The position numbers were made by a program, and so were the translations under genes. 55,038 nucleotides of DNA from Verrucomicrobiales bacterium. GTDB lineage: Bacteria; Verrucomicrobiota; Verrucomicrobiia; Verrucomicrobiales; V1-33. Below the pieces are notes generated by a model that saw only the letters and a program-made list of their open reading frames with translations, was not told the origin of the DNA and ran no database searches. Positions 28,378-39,149 of this stretch are shown piece after piece (position 1 is the stretch's first letter; each line of letters begins with the position of its first letter). The DNA lies in NCBI GenBank assembly GCA_031411295.1, contig JANOAV010000068.1, positions 1 to 55,038 on the forward strand, read 5' to 3'.

Positions 28378-28494
28378 GGTGCGGTAGGATGAGGGATTGG
28401 GGTTAAGGATTCAAGGGGATTTACTAAAAGCGCGCAACAACGTTGCTTTGGTGAGTTCGGTCAAATCGATCAACAATGCGCGGTGGGGTTTCCT

Positions 28495-29313
28495 TCATGA
28501 GGTTGCTTTCCCCTTCCGTTGCACCAACGCCGACGCCAGTGCCAGGACCACGGAGCTAAGCAGCATCAAGGTGGCCAGCGCATTGATCTCGGGCTTTGGG
28601 GTGTGTTTAATATCCGCCGCAATGGAAATGGGCAGTGTGTTCTGACCCGGTCCGCGGAGGAAACTGGTGATGACATATTCATCCAGCGAGATCGCAAATG
28701 CCAGCAGCATCCCGCCAACCACGCCCGGCCACAGCAGCGGCAACTGCACGTGGCGGAAGGCTTGCCAGCGGTTGGCTCCCAAGTCTGCAGCAGCTTCCAT
28801 GAGTCGCCAATCGAAACCCCGTAGCCGCGTGCTGACAACCATGAAGACATAACACATGGCCAGCAACCCGTGGGCAATGAGCAACTTCACCATGCCGTCA
28901 TCCGCCGTGAGATGCAGCACGCGGTCGAGATAGATTTTCAGCGCCAGCGCCATCACAATGTCCGGCACCATGATGGGCAGCAGAAACAAGACTTCAATGA
29001 GCCGACGTTTCCCTGCGGTGAGTCGAGCATGCCCCAGCGCTGCGGTGGTGCCGAGGATTGCTCCGAGCAGGGTGGAACTGAAGCCGATGGTGAGGCTATT
29101 TTTCAGAGCCAGCAATTTGTCCTCATTGGCCGTGAGATCTGCATACCAATGCGAGGTGAAGCCGCCCCACACCGTATTGAACTCGCTGGCGCTGAAACTG
29201 TAGAACACCAGCAGGGCTATCGGCAGATAGAGGAAGGCATACGTCACCAGCCCGTGCAGCCACAGGAGGGATTTGCCGATGGGGAAACGTGAAGTTGGAG
29301 CAGTGGCAATCAT
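28495..29313 (-). CDS. potC: Spermidine/putrescine ABC transporter permease
   Basis: Motifs FLYLPI, EAAADLGA, SLDEY and PEINALAT. ATG 29313 overlaps the potB stop codon. Confidence 0.88.
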   Translation of the reverse strand: MIATAPTSRFPIGKSLLWLHGLVTYAFLYLPIALLVFYSFSASEFNTVWGGFTSHWYADLTANEDKLLALKNSLTIGFSSTLLGAILGTTAALGHARLTAGKRRLIEVLFLLPIMVPDIVMALALKIYLDRVLHLTADDGMVKLLIAHGLLAMCYVFMVVSTRLRGFDWRLMEAAADLGANRWQAFRHVQLPLLWPGVVGGMLLAFAISLDEYVITSFLRGPGQNTLPISIAADIKHTPKPEINALATLMLLSSVVLALASALVQRKGKATS

Positions 29314-30149
29314 TTCTCGATGCGGGATTGCAGCTTGAAGTAAATCACGAGCGCCACGCTGATGGCACCCATGACGATGAGCGACATAGCCGCTCCCAAA
29401 GGCCAATTCCGGGCGCTGCCGAGGAATTGATCGTTGATCATTTTGCCCATGAACAAATCTTTGTTTCCTGCCAGGATGTCAGGAATCACGAACGTGCCTA
29501 CCGACTGAATAAACACCAGAATAGACCCCGTGGCCACCCCCGGCCAGACCAGCGGCAGGACCACATGCCAGAATTGCCTAGCCGAAGATGCACCCAAATC
29601 CGCAGCCGCTTCCAGCAAGCGCCAATCCATCTTCTCCAGCGAGGTGTAAATGGGATACACCATGAACGGCAGGTAGTAGTAAACCATGCCCAGCAGCGAG
29701 GACCAACGGGTATTGTAAATGCCATTTCCATCCGGCCCGATGCCCAGTTTGATGAGCCACTCGCCTACCAGTGCATCGTTGGCCAGCAGGGTCTTCCAGG
29801 CATACACTAACACCAGTGAGTTCGCCACCAGCGGAATCAACACCAGCGCATATAACACCTGACGCGCGCGAGGAGAACGTCGCACGATGAACCAGGCCAC
29901 GGGAAATCCCAGCAACAGACACACTGCGGTGGCTCCGAGGGAGAACCACAACGTGCGGAGGTAGATCGGCAGCTTTGCTTCAGCCAAGGCTGCTTCCCAT
30001 GCCTTCGTGGTGAAGTCCCACGTGAACGGTTGCCCGCGGGTGGCAAAGGAAACACCCACCACCAGCGCCAGTGGCACCAGGAAGAAGATGGCCAGCCACA
30101 GCAGGGCAGGCGAGAGCAGAGCGGACGTGCGGAGTCGGGAGGAATTCAA
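29310..30149 (-). CDS. potB: Spermidine/putrescine ABC transporter permease
   Basis: Motifs YLPFMVYPIY, LLEAAADLGA and RNWPLGAA. Confidence 0.88.
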   Translation of the reverse strand: MNSSRLRTSALLSPALLWLAIFFLVPLALVVGVSFATRGQPFTWDFTTKAWEAALAEAKLPIYLRTLWFSLGATAVCLLLGFPVAWFIVRRSPRARQVLYALVLIPLVANSLVLVYAWKTLLANDALVGEWLIKLGIGPDGNGIYNTRWSSLLGMVYYYLPFMVYPIYTSLEKMDWRLLEAAADLGASSARQFWHVVLPLVWPGVATGSILVFIQSVGTFVIPDILAGNKDLFMGKMINDQFLGSARNWPLGAAMSLIVMGAISVALVIYFKLQSRIEK

Positions 30150-30192
30150 TTTATCAGATTCTCTAAGTGGTAAATTTCAGCACTCGACCAAA

Positions 30193-31272
30193 TTAGGCCG
30201 CTATCACCGCCACGGCATCCATCGGCCAGGTTAGGCCAACAGAAGTCCCGCGCGAGGCTCCTTCCGGAGTGTTGTCGGATTGCTCTCGCACCTGCAAACT
30301 CAACCCGTTCGGTAAATTCACATGGAAAATGCGATCGCTTCCACAGAAGACAGAACGATGAATTTCCCCCTGCACCACATTCTGGCCCAATAGGCTGGTT
30401 TCCTGAGTGAAATTGATGCGCTCCGGTCGAATCGCCAGCACCACTTCCGCACCTGCAGGCGGCGGTTGATTCGTCTGTGCTTGGATCGTCAGACCAGCTA
30501 CATTTACACTGACATGCCCAGCATGATGCGCGGTCACAGTGCCAGTTAGGAAATTGCTTTCGCCAATGAAGTCGGCTACGAACTTCGATTGCGGCCGATG
30601 ATAAATTTCCTCCGGCGTGCCGACCTGTTCCACGCGACCACGATTCATCACACAGATCCGATCCGACATCGTAAGCGCTTCTTCCTGATCATGGGTCACA
30701 TAGATAAATGTCAGCCCCAGCGATTCCTGAATGTGTTTCAGTTCGCGTTGCATTTCCTTGCGGAGTTTCAGATCCAGCGCGCCCAGGGGCTCGTCCAGCA
30801 GCACGACTTGCGGCTTCGTGGCCAGCGCCCGAGCGAGCGCCACACGTTGCTGCTGGCCGCCGGAGAGCTGCCGTGGCAGTCGATCACCAAAATTGCCTAA
30901 CTGGACGAGTTCCAACATTTCCGCCACGCGACGTTTGCTCTCGGATGCGGCCACGCGTTCCATTTTCAAGCCGAAGCCCACGTTCTGTGTCACCGTCATG
31001 TGCGGGAAGAGTGCGTAGTTTTGGAATACCATGTTCACTTGCTGCACATAGGCTGGCACCTTGCTAGGATTGACGTTGGCAAAGCGGATTTCGCCTGCGT
31101 CAGGAGTTTCAAATCCGGCAATCATGCGCAGCGTCGTGGATTTCCCACAACCGCTGGAGCCAAGTAAGGAGAAGAACTCTCCGCGTTTGATATCAAGGCT
31201 GACACCGTCAACCACGAGTTGAGAACCGTAACGTTTCGTTACATTATGAACACCAACCAAAGGTCCTTCCAT
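30193..31272 (-). CDS. potA: Spermidine/putrescine ABC transporter ATP-binding protein
   Basis: Motifs GSSGCGKST, VFQNYALFPH, LSGGQQQR, LLDEPLGALD and a C-terminal TOBE-like region. Confidence 0.92.
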   Translation of the reverse strand: MEGPLVGVHNVTKRYGSQLVVDGVSLDIKRGEFFSLLGSSGCGKSTTLRMIAGFETPDAGEIRFANVNPSKVPAYVQQVNMVFQNYALFPHMTVTQNVGFGLKMERVAASESKRRVAEMLELVQLGNFGDRLPRQLSGGQQQRVALARALATKPQVVLLDEPLGALDLKLRKEMQRELKHIQESLGLTFIYVTHDQEEALTMSDRICVMNRGRVEQVGTPEEIYHRPQSKFVADFIGESNFLTGTVTAHHAGHVSVNVAGLTIQAQTNQPPPAGAEVVLAIRPERINFTQETSLLGQNVVQGEIHRSVFCGSDRIFHVNLPNGLSLQVREQSDNTPEGASRGTSVGLTWPMDAVAVIAA

Positions 31273-31447
31273 TTCTGTTCTGGTAGAGCGTGAGGTTAAA
31301 ATGAATTGTGAGCTACCACCATAAGCCCCTGCGCTAGGATGAAAAGAAAAGTTTGCAATTATTTTGCAGCGGTTTGCGATGAGGCCCCAGCAATGCCTGA
31401 TGTTTTCTGGAGGAGGATGCTGCTGCCTGCTGCCTTGGTGCCAAGCG

Positions 31448-32548
31448 CTAGTCGCTCACATTCACTTCTTTAAATTTCCCGTTGAAGCGATGGGCGATTT
31501 TGCGCAGGAAGGTGCGGGCTTCGGGGTTGACTGCGATGGTGTTGACGATGGTCTTTTCCGCGCTGGCGGTATGGGCGGATTTTTCCATGAATTGCAGGAG
31601 TTCACTCTTGTCCAACACCTTGCCGTTGCGGCTGGTGGTGGGCTCCCCGTCGGAGAGGAGGAAGATGGTGGAAGCGTTCATGGTAAAGGCTTGCGTCAGC
31701 GCCAGGTCCATGCGAGATCCGCCGGAGGTATCCGTCATGCCGGGCACATCGGCGGGTTTCAGCGGGGTATAGGCGATGCCATTGCTATCGCGTCCAGTGA
31801 GGCCGAATTTCTCGGTGCGGGTGCGGGCTCCTTGATAGTAAAATTGGAAGAATTCCAAGGCGGCGGATTTGTTGGCGGCAGATGCGCTAACGCATTGCGG
31901 CTGAAACAGGTCCGCGTCTTGACCGAAGCAGATCAGATTGAACTGGCTGCTGGAAGGCAGTCCGGTAATGGCTAGTGCCAATTCGTGGCGCAGGGCTGCG
32001 ATTCCTGCGGGCTTACAGTTGGTAAGCATTGAGCCGGAGGTATCGATGGCGAAAATGATGACATTTCCGTTGGCGGGGAGGTGCAGGAAATTCGAGGGAC
32101 CGTGCAGGCTTGAGGGAACCCCAGTTGCAGTCAAGCCACTTCCTGAATGCTCCGGGCCCAGGCCACCCAGTGGGCCTCCCGTCTGGCCACCAAGGCTGAC
32201 GACCGTGTTCAGTGCGTTCAGCGGATTCGGGTTGGGGAGGTCAGGAAGCGTAATGGCGGATTCGGGGGTAATGCTACCGATGCGAGCTGTGCTGGTGACA
32301 CGTTTACGCAGGTTCCCCGGTCGGTTTTGAGCGTTGGATACGGACTGATGAAAACCCTCACATGAAATGAATTGAGGCTCTGGAGCAGGCACCGTGATCC
32401 ACAGCATGAACAACGCCAGCCCCAGTCCATGCAGGAATAGGCTGAGCGTCAGCGAACCGGCTCCCATGGTGCGCAGGTAATTTATGACGCCACGACGACG
32501 CGCGGACTGGGTGAAGGGAATGCTTGGAGTTAGGATTGGGGCGGACAT
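31448..32548 (-). CDS. Membrane-anchored von Willebrand factor A domain protein
   Basis: TM segment with 'SLFLHGL', a Pro/Gly linker, MIDAS motif DTSGS and LLSDGEP. Confidence 0.8.
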   Translation of the reverse strand: MSAPILTPSIPFTQSARRRGVINYLRTMGAGSLTLSLFLHGLGLALFMLWITVPAPEPQFISCEGFHQSVSNAQNRPGNLRKRVTSTARIGSITPESAITLPDLPNPNPLNALNTVVSLGGQTGGPLGGLGPEHSGSGLTATGVPSSLHGPSNFLHLPANGNVIIFAIDTSGSMLTNCKPAGIAALRHELALAITGLPSSSQFNLICFGQDADLFQPQCVSASAANKSAALEFFQFYYQGARTRTEKFGLTGRDSNGIAYTPLKPADVPGMTDTSGGSRMDLALTQAFTMNASTIFLLSDGEPTTSRNGKVLDKSELLQFMEKSAHTASAEKTIVNTIAVNPEARTFLRKIAHRFNGKFKEVNVSD

Positions 32549-32576
32549 GGTGGTGTTTGGTTAAGTGAAATTTTGG

Positions 32577-33026
32577 TTACTCCTCGGCCGCCACTTGAAA
32601 GGTAACGGTGTTGACGCCCGCATTTTGCAGGGCCTCCAGGAGACGGGTGACTTCTGAGTAGGAGGCCTCAGGGGCGGAATTGACAGTAACTAGCAACGGC
32701 GTGTGGAGCGTCTGAGATTGTTGCTGCAGGCCTTTAAAATGGGCCGTGAGTTCACGCGGCGTGACGCTCTCCTCATTGTGAAAGACCGCTCCGGTGTCAT
32801 CCAAGCGCACCATTTCCTCCTGGATCACCAAGCCGGGAGGGGCCGCCGAGTCCGGCCCAGGCAGTGTGATGCGGAGCTGGCCTTCGTGCTGGTTAAAGCC
32901 AATTTTGACCAGATAGAATAGCAACAGCACAAAGATTACGTCCACAAAGGGAGCCATTTGAAAACCATCGTTTGCCAAGGGGGCCAAGCGTGAGCGATGA
33001 CGGCGGGAGTGGTTGCGCTGGTGCAT
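32577..33026 (-). CDS. exbD: ExbD/TolR family biopolymer transport protein
   Basis: MAPFVDVIFVLLLF TM motif with the conserved Asp, and a C-terminal periplasmic domain ending '..AGVNTVTF'. Confidence 0.85.
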   Translation of the reverse strand: MHQRNHSRRHRSRLAPLANDGFQMAPFVDVIFVLLLFYLVKIGFNQHEGQLRITLPGPDSAAPPGLVIQEEMVRLDDTGAVFHNEESVTPRELTAHFKGLQQQSQTLHTPLLVTVNSAPEASYSEVTRLLEALQNAGVNTVTFQVAAEE

Positions 33027-33204
33027 ATTCTCTCAAACGTGCGGGCTCTCGTTTGCTTAGAGCGAAATTGCAGTTTGCTGCGAAAAGTAATTGGAATATC
33101 GATTTGCCGCCAGAACGTGGTCGTAGTTTCGAGCTTGAATTCTCAACGCACCGACGATCATGCTATGGATTCGATCACATCGGTCCCAGAATCCCCTACT
33201 AAGA

Positions 33205-34185
33205 ATGCTCACCGCTGATTTTGACTATCATCTCCCCGAGGAACTCATCGCCAGTCGCCCGCTCGACCGGCGGGACGCCTCCCGCATGATGGTGGTGCAT
33301 CGCGCCACGGGCGTCATTGAACATCGACAGTTTGCGGAGTTCCCGCAGTTCGCGGCGGGAGCCCTGCTGGTATTAAATAACACGCGAGTCGCCCGGGCGC
33401 GGTATTTCTCCAATGATGGCCGGATTGAATTGCTGCGCCTGCAGGCGCTCACGGAGCTGACTTGGCGTTGCTTGGTCAAGCCGGGCAAGAAAATGCGCCT
33501 TGGGGCCACGGTGGCCATTGGCGAGGCGGTTGGCACGGTGCAAGCGATTGACGACAATGATGGCTCCCGTATCATCGAATTCTCCCAGCCCGTGGATACC
33601 GCACGCTTCGGGCATTTGGCGTTGCCACATTATATGAATCGCGAGGATGACGGAGCCGATGCGGAGCGCTATCAGACGGTCTTTGCTGATCCCGGGAAGG
33701 AGCAGGCGATTGCCGCCCCGACGGCCGGACTGCATTTCACACCGGAAATGTTGGCCACGCTGCCCCACACCTTCGTCACGCTGCATGTCGGCATTGGCAC
33801 CTTTCGTCCTGTGCAAGTGGATCGCGTGGAGGATCACTTGATGCATGTGGAATCCTACGAAGTATCCCCGGAAGCGGCCGCCAGGATCACCTCCGCCCCG
33901 CGGTTGCTGGCCGTTGGCACCACGGTCACCCGAGTGTTAGAGCATTGCTATCGCACGTCTGGCACCTTGCCCGTCGGCCCGGGATCCACGGATATTTTCA
34001 TCACCCCAGGTTTTCAATTTCGTCGCACGGACGCGCTGCTGACAAATTTCCATCTGCCGAAATCGACCCTCTTCATGTTGGTTAGCGCGCTGGCGAGTCG
34101 GGAATTAATGCAGGCCGCCTATGCGGCAGCCGTGGACCACCGCTACCGATTTTTCAGTTATGGCGACTGCATGCTCATCCTATAA
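33205..34185 (+). CDS. queA: S-adenosylmethionine:tRNA ribosyltransferase-isomerase
   Basis: Motifs DFDYHLPEELIA, YQTVFA, AAPTAGLHFT, TLHVGIGTF, TNFHLPKST and YRFFSYGD. Confidence 0.96.
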   Translation: MLTADFDYHLPEELIASRPLDRRDASRMMVVHRATGVIEHRQFAEFPQFAAGALLVLNNTRVARARYFSNDGRIELLRLQALTELTWRCLVKPGKKMRLGATVAIGEAVGTVQAIDDNDGSRIIEFSQPVDTARFGHLALPHYMNREDDGADAERYQTVFADPGKEQAIAAPTAGLHFTPEMLATLPHTFVTLHVGIGTFRPVQVDRVEDHLMHVESYEVSPEAAARITSAPRLLAVGTTVTRVLEHCYRTSGTLPVGPGSTDIFITPGFQFRRTDALLTNFHLPKSTLFMLVSALASRELMQAAYAAAVDHRYRFFSYGDCMLIL

Positions 34186-34376
34186 CACAAAAAACGCAAT
34201 TATTTCATGTCAATTTCACGGATCAGGTCTAGAAATGCTGAAAAATCCGCCCGTGTAACCCGAATGAGAAAAAAAGTTGCAGCATAGTATTTTTTTCTAG
34301 CCATCGGGTAGAAACTCCTTCATCCTCCAATTATTAATTCACAAAATTTTGTAACGTCACTCCACCTCTACTCGCT

Positions 34377-35063
34377 ATGAATCCACTACCACGTCGCAGC
34401 TTCCTCGGATTAGGCCTAGGCCTTGTCGGAGCGAACTCACTTCTTGAAGAAACTACCGTGGCTGCACCTCCGGCGGGCGGGGCTCCTTCGGCAGGGGGCA
34501 AGGCGGAGACACTCGTCGAATTTAAAAAGCCTGAGATCACCGTCCAAAAGGCTCCAGATTTCAATCTGAAAGGTGGGGTCGTTGACAAGCGTTTTAAGGC
34601 CAAGGACTGGTTGGAAATTGAGTTCGAGGTCGAGGTCAAGTCTCCCCCTAAGGGATCTCCCAAGGAAATGAAGTTTCTGGATGGATTGCAGATCAAATTT
34701 TTTGTTTACCTCCAGCCTGTTGACGCTACCAAGGTCAAAGTGCTTACGGCCGAAGTGAGCTACCTCAATGTTCCCATTGGCCATGAGTCCTCACACTGTG
34801 TCGTATATCTCTCTCCAGCAACAATCCTGAACCTCACGGGGGATAAGACTGCGAATAAAGGGCTGATTACCTTTCTAGGGGCGGAAGCTACTTTCAATGG
34901 CGCAGTGGTTGGCACTTTTGTCTCCACGGGGACTGCCGCAAACCCTTGGTGGAAGTCCCCCAAGGCACCCCCAGTAGAAGCTGGTCGCCTCCTCCCCAAG
35001 CACAAAACTCCCTTCGCTCCTCTCTGGTATGATTATTACCTGGAAGAGAAGACCGATAAGTAA
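34377..35063 (+). CDS. Amuc_1102-like pilus-associated protein
   Basis: First gene of the five-gene verrucomicrobial pilus operon. Motifs WLEIE, VVYLSP and C-terminal KTPFAPLWYDYY; N-terminal RRSFLG. Confidence 0.75.
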   Translation: MNPLPRRSFLGLGLGLVGANSLLEETTVAAPPAGGAPSAGGKAETLVEFKKPEITVQKAPDFNLKGGVVDKRFKAKDWLEIEFEVEVKSPPKGSPKEMKFLDGLQIKFFVYLQPVDATKVKVLTAEVSYLNVPIGHESSHCVVYLSPATILNLTGDKTANKGLITFLGAEATFNGAVVGTFVSTGTAANPWWKSPKAPPVEAGRLLPKHKTPFAPLWYDYYLEEKTDK

Positions 35064-35141
35064 ATTTTCTTCAGTTAGCTCGGGCTTCGCCACTGGAATC
35101 CCGTTGACACACCCCTCATTCCCCGCTTCAAACCACACCCG

Positions 35142-36956
35142 ATGGCAGACAACAAATCGATTCTCACCCTCAATCTTGGATCTCAACGCATAGGCATGGC
35201 CCGCTTCTCTATGGGAGCAAAGGGATCCGTGACCCTGCGAGACTATGCATTTGAGGAAATCCCTGGCGACGTCACCTCCGATGTGGCGCGTAAAAAGATG
35301 ACCGCCGCAGCGATCAAATCCCTGAGCGGCAAGCTCAAGGCGGCGGGGCAGGAGGTCAATGTGTCTCTCCCTTCCCAGAACACGATCACCCGCTTCGTCA
35401 AAGTCCCCTCCTTGGGGGACGATCAAGTGGACAAGATCGTCGGCTTCGAAGCCCAGCAGGCCGTGCCGTTTCCGCTCACGGAAACCGTGTGGGACTACCA
35501 AGTTTTGGGGACCGCTGGTGGTGAAGCCGAAGTGGCCATTGCCGCCATCCGGGCGGATCAAGTTGAGGAAATCAACGGCAGTGTCGTTGCCGCTGGACTC
35601 ACGACCAATCTGGTGGATGCCGGCCCCATCGCCCTCTACAACGCCTTTCGTTATACTTATGGCGAACCGACCGAATCCACTCTGCTCCTGGATATCGGCA
35701 GTCGCATGACCGACGCCATTTTCATGGAGGGCAATCGATTGTTCCTCGCCTCCTTCCCCTTCGCTGGCTCCAACGTGACGGGTGCAATCGCCAAGGAAAT
35801 GGAAGCCGATTTCGCTTCCGCCGAGGCACGTAAAATTGCCGACGGTTTCGTGAATCTCGGTGGGAACTACGCCGACCATGAAGATCCAGAAATCGACGCG
35901 ATGTCCAAGATCATTCGCAACCAACTGACGCGGATTCACAGCGAGATCAACCGTCGGATTCAGCAATACAAGACCCAAGGTGGGGCTACTCCCACTTCCG
36001 TTTACCTGGCTGGTGCCGCCGCCGCCCTGCCCTACATGAAGGAGTTCTTGGAAGAGAAACTCCGCCTGCCAGTGCATTGGTTCAACTGCCTGCAGAACGT
36101 GGCCGTCGGGCCTAAAGTCAACACCGAAGCCGTCGCCCGTGAAGCGCATTGTTTGGGAGAACTCGTCGGTCTGGCCTTGCGCCGCGGCAGTTGCCCCATG
36201 GAGCTGGACCTTTCCCCACGTTCCGTCGAAACGCGCAAAGATGTGGCCGCTAAGAAGCCCAAGCTTCTGGTAGCCGCCTTGGCTCTCTTCTCTGGTCTCG
36301 GAGCGCTGTATGCCAACAGCAGCATGGCTGCCAGCAAGGCTCAGGAGAAATTGGACAAAGTGACCGCCCGGTTTGAAGATCTGGACGGCTACGCCAAACA
36401 AATCAAGGCTGAGGAGTCCCGCCAGAAGCTGGAAGAAACCCGTGCGCAGTATCTCAAAGACGCCATTTCTGGTCGCCAATACTGGCTGAGTGTCATCAAT
36501 GTGATCAATAGCAAATTGACCTCCGCCGTGACGGAAGACGGGGTTTGGATCACGCAGATGCAACCGCTGGATCCAGATGGATCCCCCATCGTGGGCCTGC
36601 CCTCCATGGCGGGTGGGCTCAAGGACGAACCGGTGCCGGAGTCCTTCCGACCCAAGACCCTGAGTGCTCCGCCAGTTCCTGGAAAACCCGGTGAGATGCG
36701 CAAAGTCAAGGTCGATTCCATCCACATCGTGGGACTCTACACCAAAGATAAAGTTCGCGCGTTGTTCGAAGCGCTCAAGGATGCCAAAGAAGGCGTCTTT
36801 GATATCCCAACCGATTGGGAAACCAAGGCTGGCTCCGAAGTTAAGAATTGGTATAACATCAGTGTTGGCAACGCCAGCCTGCGCGCCAGCCGATTCGATA
36901 TGAAGCTGCCTCTCAAGCAGAAGATTCAACTCACAGTGCCTGCTGATAAAAAGTAA
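35142..36956 (+). CDS. pilM: Amuc_1101-like PilM-type pilus assembly protein (PilM + PilN-like fusion)
   Basis: Actin-like motifs LNLGSQ, FEAQQAVPFP..WDY, LDIGS and YLAGA, followed by a TM segment, coiled coil and PilN-like tail. Confidence 0.85.
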   Translation: MADNKSILTLNLGSQRIGMARFSMGAKGSVTLRDYAFEEIPGDVTSDVARKKMTAAAIKSLSGKLKAAGQEVNVSLPSQNTITRFVKVPSLGDDQVDKIVGFEAQQAVPFPLTETVWDYQVLGTAGGEAEVAIAAIRADQVEEINGSVVAAGLTTNLVDAGPIALYNAFRYTYGEPTESTLLLDIGSRMTDAIFMEGNRLFLASFPFAGSNVTGAIAKEMEADFASAEARKIADGFVNLGGNYADHEDPEIDAMSKIIRNQLTRIHSEINRRIQQYKTQGGATPTSVYLAGAAAALPYMKEFLEEKLRLPVHWFNCLQNVAVGPKVNTEAVAREAHCLGELVGLALRRGSCPMELDLSPRSVETRKDVAAKKPKLLVAALALFSGLGALYANSSMAASKAQEKLDKVTARFEDLDGYAKQIKAEESRQKLEETRAQYLKDAISGRQYWLSVINVINSKLTSAVTEDGVWITQMQPLDPDGSPIVGLPSMAGGLKDEPVPESFRPKTLSAPPVPGKPGEMRKVKVDSIHIVGLYTKDKVRALFEALKDAKEGVFDIPTDWETKAGSEVKNWYNISVGNASLRASRFDMKLPLKQKIQLTVPADKK

Positions 36957-37007
36957 TCACTCCCACTTTCCTATTTCCATCATTTTCCCACCCCAGTCCC
37001 CGGCAGC

Positions 37008-38027
37008 ATGAGCCAACCCAAGAATAAATTTCTCCTCGGTTACGGGATCGTAACCGCGCTAGGCGCGGGCGTTCTCGGTTATCTCTGGTATAGCGCCAGT
37101 TCAGATAACACAACCATCTCCGACAACCTCGCTCTCAAGCAAGGCCAGGTATCCAAGTTGGAAGGCGCCCCGCTTTTCCCGAACGACCCCAATTTAACCA
37201 AGAAGACTGCTCAAGTGGACAGCTTCACCACTGAAGTTGACAATCTCCACAACGCCTTGGTCGGCTATCAGCGCCCCCTGAATCCAGAGGTTCAGCCGGA
37301 TGCGGTCAGTGCCAACCTTGGAAAATACAAGACCCAGCTGGAATCCATCGCTAAGGGACGCGGCATTGCCTTCCCGTTGCCGCCGGTGGGGATCGATCTC
37401 GGTCTGACCCGTTATCTGGGCACCTCTCCGAAACGGGAAGCCGCACCTCAGGTAGATTATTTGGTCGAGTCCGTGAATTCCCTCCTCACCGAACTCCTCC
37501 GCGCTGGCGTTTCCAAAATCGAACTCATCAATTGCCCGGAGCGTCCTTACGAAAAGGATGACAAGGTTTTGATCGAGAAAAAGGATCTGCCGAAAAAGGG
37601 GCCCAAGCCAGCTCCCGCAAAAGCCGCCAAGACGGACCCCAAGGCCAACGTTAAGAAGGAGGAGGCTCCCTTGCTCGAGGAGAACAAAGTCTTTAACCGT
37701 TACCCGGTGCATCTCGCTTTCTCAGGCTCGGAAAAATCCGCTCAGGAATTTCTCAACCAGATTTCCACGGTTGGTGCCGGTGGTCCCTTCTGGGTCATCA
37801 ATTCCATTCGCGTCGACAACGAGAAGAAGGATGGTCCAACCAACGAATCCGGATTTGCTGCCACCCCCATCACCCCACCGGCCGGCACCACGCCGGACAA
37901 GGACGCCAAGGTTAACATGATTGACGTCAAATTCGTCCTCGGAAACGAGAAGGTCACCGTTACTTTGGACTTGGATTTGGTCCGCTTCATGGATCCTTCC
38001 ATCGCTAAGGACGTCACCACGAAATAA
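37008..38027 (+). CDS. Amuc_1100-like (PilO-type) pilus protein
   Basis: Third position in the operon, N-terminal TM + coiled coil, and C-terminal FVLGNEKV..LDLDLVRF. Confidence 0.75.
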   Translation: MSQPKNKFLLGYGIVTALGAGVLGYLWYSASSDNTTISDNLALKQGQVSKLEGAPLFPNDPNLTKKTAQVDSFTTEVDNLHNALVGYQRPLNPEVQPDAVSANLGKYKTQLESIAKGRGIAFPLPPVGIDLGLTRYLGTSPKREAAPQVDYLVESVNSLLTELLRAGVSKIELINCPERPYEKDDKVLIEKKDLPKKGPKPAPAKAAKTDPKANVKKEEAPLLEENKVFNRYPVHLAFSGSEKSAQEFLNQISTVGAGGPFWVINSIRVDNEKKDGPTNESGFAATPITPPAGTTPDKDAKVNMIDVKFVLGNEKVTVTLDLDLVRFMDPSIAKDVTTK

Positions 38028-38066
38028 TTTCCATCCTCCTTACTCACCCCCACAGATTTCACTACC

Positions 38067-39065
38067 ATGGATTGGATTAAAAAGAATTACGACAAATTGC
38101 TCCTCGCAGTCTTCGGGCTTTTCGCCCTGACGGTGGGCGGACTGCTCGCCTCCAGCGCCTTTGGCGAAGGCGACGCAGCCGGCAGCAAAAAAGTTACTGA
38201 GAAAGCCGAACTCGGCCCGGATAAGTCCGAGGAAACCAAGAAGGCGCTGACTGATCTCTCCGCCAACGAAGGTAAGCCAGTCTGGACGGGGCTCAAGATT
38301 GCCGAACACCGCACCGCCCATCTTTTTACGGCTTCCCCTGCCGTCCAGAAAGCCGGGAGTGATGCGGTGATGCAATTGCTGGACGAGGCCACGGAACCTC
38401 TTCGTGAAGGCATCCCCAACTGGTGGCTTTACGAGAACGGCTTGGATCTCACTCGGGATGACATTGCCACCTTGGACGACGATGGTGACAAGTTTACCAA
38501 TGCCGAGGAGTTTGCTGGTAAAAGCAATCCGCGCGACCCGGACTCCCGTCCTGCCTTCCACGCCAAGCTACGCTTGATTGAGATTATCGAGGATAAATAC
38601 GAAATCCGAAATAAAGGAATCGAAGGGAATGATATTCAGATCAGCCGCCTCCAGCCCACCGGCCTAAATGGGAAAATTTTTGGAAAATTGAACTATCACG
38701 TGGGTGATATCATCTTCGATGACGACCAACGTTTTAAAATTACCGGTGTCGAGGACAAGGAAGTCGAAGTGGATGGTCAGAAGCAAATGCTCAAGCACGT
38801 CGTGATTATTGACACGAAAAACGGTGACAAATCTTATTCCATTGGTGTGAAAACGACTCTCAATCTGCCCACCTTCCGGGTCAAAATAAAGTCGCTTCTC
38901 TCCGAGAAAGAGCTTACCACCAAAGAGGACGACGAGATTTCCTTCCCAGACTTCCCCACCATCAAAATCAGGATCAAAAAAATCACCCCGCCCGACCTCG
39001 TTGAAATTGAATTCAATGAGCCAGGGAAACCCAAGGGAAGTGCACAACTGAAACTCACGAAATAG
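38067..39065 (+). CDS. Amuc_1099-like pilus-system protein
   Basis: Starts MDWIKKNYDK + TM helix and contains a TSP3-like Ca-binding motif DDDGDKFTNAEEF...NPRD. Confidence 0.75.
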   Translation: MDWIKKNYDKLLLAVFGLFALTVGGLLASSAFGEGDAAGSKKVTEKAELGPDKSEETKKALTDLSANEGKPVWTGLKIAEHRTAHLFTASPAVQKAGSDAVMQLLDEATEPLREGIPNWWLYENGLDLTRDDIATLDDDGDKFTNAEEFAGKSNPRDPDSRPAFHAKLRLIEIIEDKYEIRNKGIEGNDIQISRLQPTGLNGKIFGKLNYHVGDIIFDDDQRFKITGVEDKEVEVDGQKQMLKHVVIIDTKNGDKSYSIGVKTTLNLPTFRVKIKSLLSEKELTTKEDDEISFPDFPTIKIRIKKITPPDLVEIEFNEPGKPKGSAQLKLTK

Positions 39066-39149
39066 AAAAACTTTCGCCTAAACAAACTTTGTTCTTTCCA
39101 ACCCCTGTTAAACCTGTTCTAATTGCCCCTCTCCAACTCCGAAACCTGC

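Noticed and set aside
34875..36929. 684-aa minus-strand ORF
   Set aside because: Antisense shadow of pilM, caused by codon bias.
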